Source: the human T2T-CHM13v2.0 reference genome, Homo sapiens. From it: 64,000 nt of DNA. A model generated the notes under the pieces. It worked only from the letters and a program-made list of their open reading frames with translations, searched no databases and had not been told where the DNA came from. Of this stretch, positions 59,833 through 64,000 are shown piece by piece. The stretch is from assembly GCF_009914755.1 (NCBI RefSeq), contig NC_060929.1; one strand, written 5' to 3'. Positions within the stretch are counted from its first letter, which is position 1, and every line of letters starts with the position of its first letter. The position numbers and the translations under genes are program-made.

Positions 59833-60248
59833 CAGTTGACTCTTGAACAACGTGAGGGTTAGGGCTGATCCCCCACATTGTCAAACATCTTTCCCAAAAC
59901 TTAGCTACTAATAACCTACTTTGACCAGAAGTCTTACTGATAATGTAAACAGTCAATTAACATATATTTTGTATACGTATTTTGTCTTGTATTCTTACAA
60001 TTAAAAAACTAGAGAAAATAAAATGTTATCAAGAAAATCACAAGAAAGGGAAAATATATTTACTATCCATTAAGTGGAAGTGAATCATCATAAAATTCTT
60101 CATCTTCATTGTCTTCATATTGAGTAGGCTAAGGAGGAGCAGGAAGAGGAAGGGTTGGTCTTGATGTCTTGGGGTAGCAGAGATGGAATAAAATCCATGT
60201 ATATGTGGACCTGTGCAGTTTAAACCTACATGGTTCACAGGTCAACTG
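59833..60248. mobile_element. TcMar-Tigger DNA transposon (Tigger2a-like)
   Basis: TIRs cagttgactcttgaac...gttcacaggtcaactg with a TA duplication on both sides. Confidence 0.88.
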
Positions 60249-60274
60249 TAATGAAATAATTAGAATTTTTTTTT

Positions 60275-60375
60275 AAAGGCTAGTCAACTGAAGCAGTGAG
60301 TGTGGAAAAAGAACAAATAAATCTGCAACTGGTTGTGATCGGTTAGTTGTAAACACCATTGCACTCAGAGCAGTC
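60275..60375 (-). pseudogene. Y3 RNA (RNY3) retropseudogene
   Basis: Minus strand reads gactgctctgagtgcaatggtgtttacaactaaccgatcacaaccagttgcagatt...ttgactagccttt, a full-length diverged RNY3, followed by a short A tail. Confidence 0.9.
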
Positions 60376-60779
60376 AGGATGATTTTTTATGCTTCTTCTA
60401 GGTACCTTTTGAAGGCAATATTACACAAGCAATTCAAAATTGATTTTGAGTGATGGCAGCATCATTGAAATAAGGAAATTCCTCTGATGTTGACTGTTTA
60501 ATTATGAGTAGTAAACAAAAGCAAATATCTAGAAAGATGTAATTTTCAAATATATTTTCATTGCTCATGTATCCAGCCTTGAACATTTGTTGTTAAAATT
60601 ACTTTAAAATATTTCAGATTTTAGTCTTTCTTGTACTCTGAATAATCCAATGCCAATTGATAATATATGGTTTGCCATTTTATTGCTTTCTTTGTAAATG
60701 CAAAAAGAGATTGATTTTTTTTTACTTTACTTGAAAGTATATCATAGGCATCTTCACCTTATTAACAACTTAGAGTGAT

Positions 60780-64000
<3,221 letters not shown>

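Overview
Primate (human-like) genomic DNA that I recognise as the RIMOC1 (C5orf51)-FBXO4 locus; placement at chr5p13.1 is from recall. Two complete + strand genes were rebuilt by hand from GT-AG junctions. RIMOC1 has 6 coding exons (774..13700, 885 nt, 294 aa) and a ~4.3 kb 3'UTR to ~18040. FBXO4 has 7 coding exons (21714..37686, 1164 nt, 387 aa). Each gene has a CpG-island promoter. The last ~26 kb has no intact gene and is retroelement-dense: a MER11-type solo LTR, several L1s (one twin-primed), Alus, a Tigger element, and minus-strand retrocopies of RPSA, RNY3 and MTHFD2 (the last runs off the window). The most unexpected signal is a decayed C2H2 zinc-finger array lying antisense in the RIMOC1 3'UTR, invisible in the ORF track. 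Also notable: a perfect CLEAR-type palindrome just before the RIMOC1 ATG, inverted AluY elements around the F-box exon, two unusual FBXO4 splice architectures, and a locally templated insertion in FBXO4 intron 5. I see no evidence for a new multi-gene system. Repeat subfamily names are from memory of consensus sequences, and repeat boundaries without a TSD are approximate.
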